Shown piece by piece: positions 45,819-49,268 of a stretch of DNA of 49,268 bases. The stretch lies in the IMG/VR virus record IMGVR_UViG_3300032307_000123, positions 1-49,268 of that record. One strand, given 5' to 3'. Below the pieces are notes generated by a model. The model ran no database searches. It saw only the letters and a program-made list of their open reading frames with translations, and had not been told where the DNA came from. Positions within the stretch are counted from its first letter, which is position 1. The number at the start of each line of letters is the position of its first letter. The stretch comes from a virus (lineage: Duplodnaviria > Caudoviricetes). A program made the translations under genes and the position numbers.

Positions 45819-46928
45819 TTATCCTAGAGCTTTCATTAAACCAAGTGCTCCTAATCCACCACCAAGCAATTGTTGAGCACCGGAAGCTTGAGGGGCATAT
45901 TGAACTTGTGTTTGAGCCAAACCAGGCATACCACGAAGCATTGCATTGTAGAACTCGAGTTGTTTCTTTTCCCAATCTCTTTGTTCCATAGCAGTTTGAT
46001 ATTGGATGTCGTCGATTTTTTGTTGTAAATCTTGTTTTTCTTTTTCGGTAGCAGCTTGTGCTTGAAGTCTTTGTAAGTTTGCAGTTTGTTCTGCAGCTGC
46101 TGTAACTGCTTGTTCGTGAGAAGCTTGAAGTCCTGCTTGTAATCCACTAACACCTGTTTGACCTGCAAGTTGTGCTGCAGCTTGTTCAGCAGCCACGTTA
46201 GCTTGTTGTGCTTGTAATGCACGAGCAGCATCTTCACCATACATTTTTTGAGCAGATTCATAAGCAGCTTGTTGACCTTTAGTATAAACATCAGCAATAT
46301 TTTGTTGCAAACCACGTTCTTGTTCAGCCTGCATTAAAGCTTGACGTGCACCACCAAATGATCCTCTACCAATAGCACCCATAGCACCTTGTGCTTTAGC
46401 AATATCACCTTGACGTCTTAATTCACGAGCTGCAATATCAGAAACATTAGTTGCATATGGAGACATATAGTAGGACGCTGCAGCGGGACTAAATGTGCCT
46501 GTAGAAATGCCTCTAGGGGTATAACCTAATGCTCTTGTTAAACCGGCACCAGCTGTGCCATAACCTAAACCTGAACCCATACCTAAACCTGATCTTGCAT
46601 CAGCAAACCCACCAGGTTGTGTAAGCCCAGCAATTTCTCTTTGTATACCTACTTGACCTGGGGTGAATCCTGCAACTCTTTCGCCTGTATAAGTAGGCAT
46701 TGGTTTAAGGCCTGTAACTTCTCCTGATGGACCTGTAGTAAATACATTCTTAGCAGACTCCACCATTGCCTGTTCAAAGAAAGGCTTTGCATACTCTGGT
46801 AAGTTAGAAGTATAAGTAGTGCCTTTATAAGTTTGTCCACCCCCATCACTACCACCCCACAAAGTTAAAAAAGTATCCATAATCCAAACAGGATTAAGGA
46901 ACCATTTAAAGCCATCTAATATTTTCAT
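45819..46928 (-). CDS. Internal virion/DNA pilot-type ejection protein
   Basis: YMSPY...GSFGGARQ; Gln/Ala-rich; Gly-rich hydrophobic C-terminus. Confidence 0.65.
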   Translation of the reverse strand: MKILDGFKWFLNPVWIMDTFLTLWGGSDGGGQTYKGTTYTSNLPEYAKPFFEQAMVESAKNVFTTGPSGEVTGLKPMPTYTGERVAGFTPGQVGIQREIAGLTQPGGFADARSGLGMGSGLGYGTAGAGLTRALGYTPRGISTGTFSPAAASYYMSPYATNVSDIAARELRRQGDIAKAQGAMGAIGRGSFGGARQALMQAEQERGLQQNIADVYTKGQQAAYESAQKMYGEDAARALQAQQANVAAEQAAAQLAGQTGVSGLQAGLQASHEQAVTAAAEQTANLQRLQAQAATEKEKQDLQQKIDDIQYQTAMEQRDWEKKQLEFYNAMLRGMPGLAQTQVQYAPQASGAQQLLGGGLGALGLMKALG

Positions 46929-47338
46929 ATGTTTTTCTCCACTACGTGTGCTACAGATTGAAAGCCCATTTTTATTTTATAAAGTCTAGCTTGTGCATCT
47001 TGTGCAAAAGCTCTTATCTTCGTGACACCTTGTGATTTAGCCCAAGCTTCAAATTGCTTGATTAAATCAGGTTCTATTAATGCTCTACCTCCCATAGATG
47101 TAATATGTAAAACTCTATGATTAGGATAGTTACTAATAGATACTGCAGATGCTCCTATAATACTACCATCATCTTCTACTGCAACAAGACATATCTGTTG
47201 CCCATTAACTAATAAAAACTTTATTTGATCAACGCTATAATCATCAGTACTAAATTTAAATGACGTTTCAAAAAAAGGTTCTATTTTGTTCCAATACTGA
47301 TTTATAAAATCAGGTGCTACTATGTTAATTTGTCTCAT
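46925..47338 (-). CDS. Putative GNAT-fold acyltransferase in the ejection module
   Basis: LHITSMGG...FEAWAKSQGVTKI...ARLY..MGF pattern. Confidence 0.55.
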   Translation of the reverse strand: MRQINIVAPDFINQYWNKIEPFFETSFKFSTDDYSVDQIKFLLVNGQQICLVAVEDDGSIIGASAVSISNYPNHRVLHITSMGGRALIEPDLIKQFEAWAKSQGVTKIRAFAQDAQARLYKIKMGFQSVAHVVEKNI

Positions 47339-49011
47339 GCAGGCATGTATTTTCGTGGTTTAATTTCTTTACCTTGTTTAGTATGACCTGTTCTTGCTTT
47401 TCTAATACGGTCTAACATTGAAGATAATTGTTTAGATCCTGCTTTAGATGAACCATTACCAAGATGACTTACCACATCAGCAGGAATAACAAATTCACCG
47501 TCAGCTAAACGAGCTGGTTGTTTACCTTCTATTGTAGCAGGAATTGAATCACTCATACCATCACCATGACCATCTAAATATCCACCTTTAGCAGCTTCTA
47601 ATGCAAATGTGCCTTTATCAGTACCTTTAGTTGCCATGTAATCTTTAGATGCTTGAGGGAACATACCCGGTGCATTTAATGGATCTATTGTTGTAGGGGT
47701 AACCGGAATTTTAGCAGCGGGCGCAGCTGTAGTTGGAGTTGATTTATTCATAATAGTATTAAGTAAAGCAGGATTACGTCCGAAAAGTACAGCAAGTAAA
47801 CCCATAGGACCAAGAGTATCTAAACCAAGAGTATTTAAAGAACTTTGGCTAACTACGGGATCATTATAACCTGGTATATAAATATGAGAACTGCCACCTT
47901 CTGCAAAAGCAACTGGACCCCCAGCAGCGTAGAATGAATCCGCAGCTTTAGCACGAGAACCTTCAGCAGCTAATGTATTTAATCTACCAATACCATAACC
48001 ATCTCTACTTAAATTTTGTGTACCTGTTGTTTGGTCATTTGTACCATATAAATCTTGAATGCCACCTGATGAAATAGTACTTGAATTATTATTAACAGTT
48101 CCACCCGTTGCCATCAATCTTAAACCTGGAGAAGCTTGAGCTAAATTAAGTCTACCTGTAATTGGGTCTCTATATTTGTTTTCTTCCGCTTTTCGTTTGT
48201 CTTCTAATGATGTATCTAATTCAGGGTATAAATCTTCTTGTGCTCCCGCTAAACCTGCCATAGCTAATGGAGCACCCAGTTGCATAGCTGAACCTCCAGC
48301 GTTTTCAAATGCTTGCCAATTACCTACAGGATTACTAAGTAGTTTACCTGCTCCAGTCATTACGCTATCTAATCCGCCTTTAGCACCTGAGGCTACGGTT
48401 GAAGGAAGTTGACCTGCTAATACATTAGTACTAGGTAAATTAGGAACTAAACTAGTCGCAAACTGATCTGTAGCTAAAGGGGCCTTCATACCTACGTCTT
48501 TAGCTAATTGAACGCCGGGTTGAACACTTCCAATATTTTTAATACCTTGTCCCGCTGCTTGATCAAGAACTACATTAGATGATGCAGGGGAAATGCCGCC
48601 CCCTAATCCGGCTAGTGAACTACCTAAATTTCCACCACCATAACCACCAAGACCTCCCATCAAACCACCCATTAAAGGATCTTCACCTTTAGCACCTGCA
48701 ACCGCAGCACCAGCTGCCATACCTCCTAATACCGGAGCGGCAGTAGCTGACATACCTGTTAAACCTAATGAAGCGCCTCCCGTAGCTGGAGATAACGCAA
48801 CACCCACAAGAGTCGGGATAAGAGAAGTAAAGAAGTCACCAAAGTCAAAGGCTTCAGGCATACCTGTATGAGGATTAGTATGTAGTTTGTGACCCGTCAT
48901 AGCTCCAACGGCTTTTAATCCCGCTACTTCAGAAGGGCTAACGTGCATAAGCATGGAGTCACCATGTCTACCGAGGGAGGCTAAGCCTTTAGCTAGTTGA
49001 TGTGTTGCCAT
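47335..49011 (-). CDS. Internal virion protein with Gly-rich membrane-like segments and a C-terminal SDSIPA/GEFV domain
   Basis: N-terminal GRHGDSMLMH...NPHTGMPE; five xxxGG motifs; GDGMSDSIPA...LADGEFVIPADVVS. Confidence 0.7.
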   Translation of the reverse strand: MATHQLAKGLASLGRHGDSMLMHVSPSEVAGLKAVGAMTGHKLHTNPHTGMPEAFDFGDFFTSLIPTLVGVALSPATGGASLGLTGMSATAAPVLGGMAAGAAVAGAKGEDPLMGGLMGGLGGYGGGNLGSSLAGLGGGISPASSNVVLDQAAGQGIKNIGSVQPGVQLAKDVGMKAPLATDQFATSLVPNLPSTNVLAGQLPSTVASGAKGGLDSVMTGAGKLLSNPVGNWQAFENAGGSAMQLGAPLAMAGLAGAQEDLYPELDTSLEDKRKAEENKYRDPITGRLNLAQASPGLRLMATGGTVNNNSSTISSGGIQDLYGTNDQTTGTQNLSRDGYGIGRLNTLAAEGSRAKAADSFYAAGGPVAFAEGGSSHIYIPGYNDPVVSQSSLNTLGLDTLGPMGLLAVLFGRNPALLNTIMNKSTPTTAAPAAKIPVTPTTIDPLNAPGMFPQASKDYMATKGTDKGTFALEAAKGGYLDGHGDGMSDSIPATIEGKQPARLADGEFVIPADVVSHLGNGSSKAGSKQLSSMLDRIRKARTGHTKQGKEIKPRKYMPA

Positions 49012-49036
49012 AAAACGTCCTTTTTAAGATAGTGTA

Positions 49037-49065
49037 ATAATACCATTAATAAAGCCTATAAACAA
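49037..49065 (-). promoter_or_regulatory. Putative promoter for the ejection-protein operon
   Basis: TTGTTT-17 bp-TATTAT with TG extension; the GGTATTAT -10 matches the promoter near 5731. Confidence 0.4.
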
Positions 49066-49068
49066 AGA

Positions 49069-49268
49069 TTAAACTACAGTTCCTGCAGCATTAATCCAAT
49101 TAGTTCCGTCCCACCAAATAGGTCTATTTATTGTAGTGTCAAAATAAAACTGTCCTACTTGTAAATCTGTACTTGGACGGTCTGCTGTAATCCCAGCACT
49201 AGGGGTCGATAATGTAATAATAGCCTGTTGGATTTGATTATTTACAGAGTCTACAGTATTAAAATAAA
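49069..49268 (-). CDS. Tail-associated protein, C-terminal fragment
   Basis: Manual translation ...TADRPSTDLQVGQFYFDTTINRPIWWDGTNWINAAGTVV-stop. Confidence 0.6.
   Translation of the reverse strand, partial: YFNTVDSVNNQIQQAIITLSTPSAGITADRPSTDLQVGQFYFDTTINRPIWWDGTNWINAAGTVV

Noticed and set aside
39999-48412. Plus-strand and alternate-frame ORFs inside the ejection-protein genes (e.g. 41241-41531, 44412-44723, 45851-46315)
   Set aside because: Shadows of long, motif-supported minus-strand genes

Overview
About 49 kb of an AT-rich tailed dsDNA phage genome with podovirus-type morphogenesis: Mu-gpT-like major capsid, portal, terminases, GroES and large ejection-type proteins. The late/structural genes are on the minus strand (1-14353 and 38471-49268) and are truncated at both window edges, so the tail and lysis genes are mostly outside the window. 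Early and replication genes are on the plus strand (14456-38476): MoxR-type AAA plus VWA, family A DNA polymerase, three 2OG-Fe(II)-type oxygenases, nucleases, an SNF2 helicase and a primase-helicase. A 25-codon ORF missed by the ORF track (5822-5899) encodes a Methylophilaceae-type PQQ precursor peptide PqqA, which points to a methylotrophic betaproteobacterial host. The most unusual signals are: (i) the pqqA cassette with its own RBS, terminator and operator-like repeats; (ii) a hydrophobic-x-x-G-G motif repeated about 20 times across seven putative virion proteins, suggesting a shared processing or targeting signal; (iii) a fixed-spacing 32-bp dyad, GTCAC-N22-GTGAC, seen six times and only in the early region; (iv) a ~0.9 kb non-coding hub with seven IHF-consensus sites, nested palindromes and a GTTGAC-N3-GTCAAC-like operator that also overlaps four sigma70 -35 boxes; (v) structured RNA leaders upstream of the helicase, the primase and the gene after the capsid. 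I saw no tRNA, CRISPR array or integrase. All family assignments come from motif recognition by eye, not from database searches.
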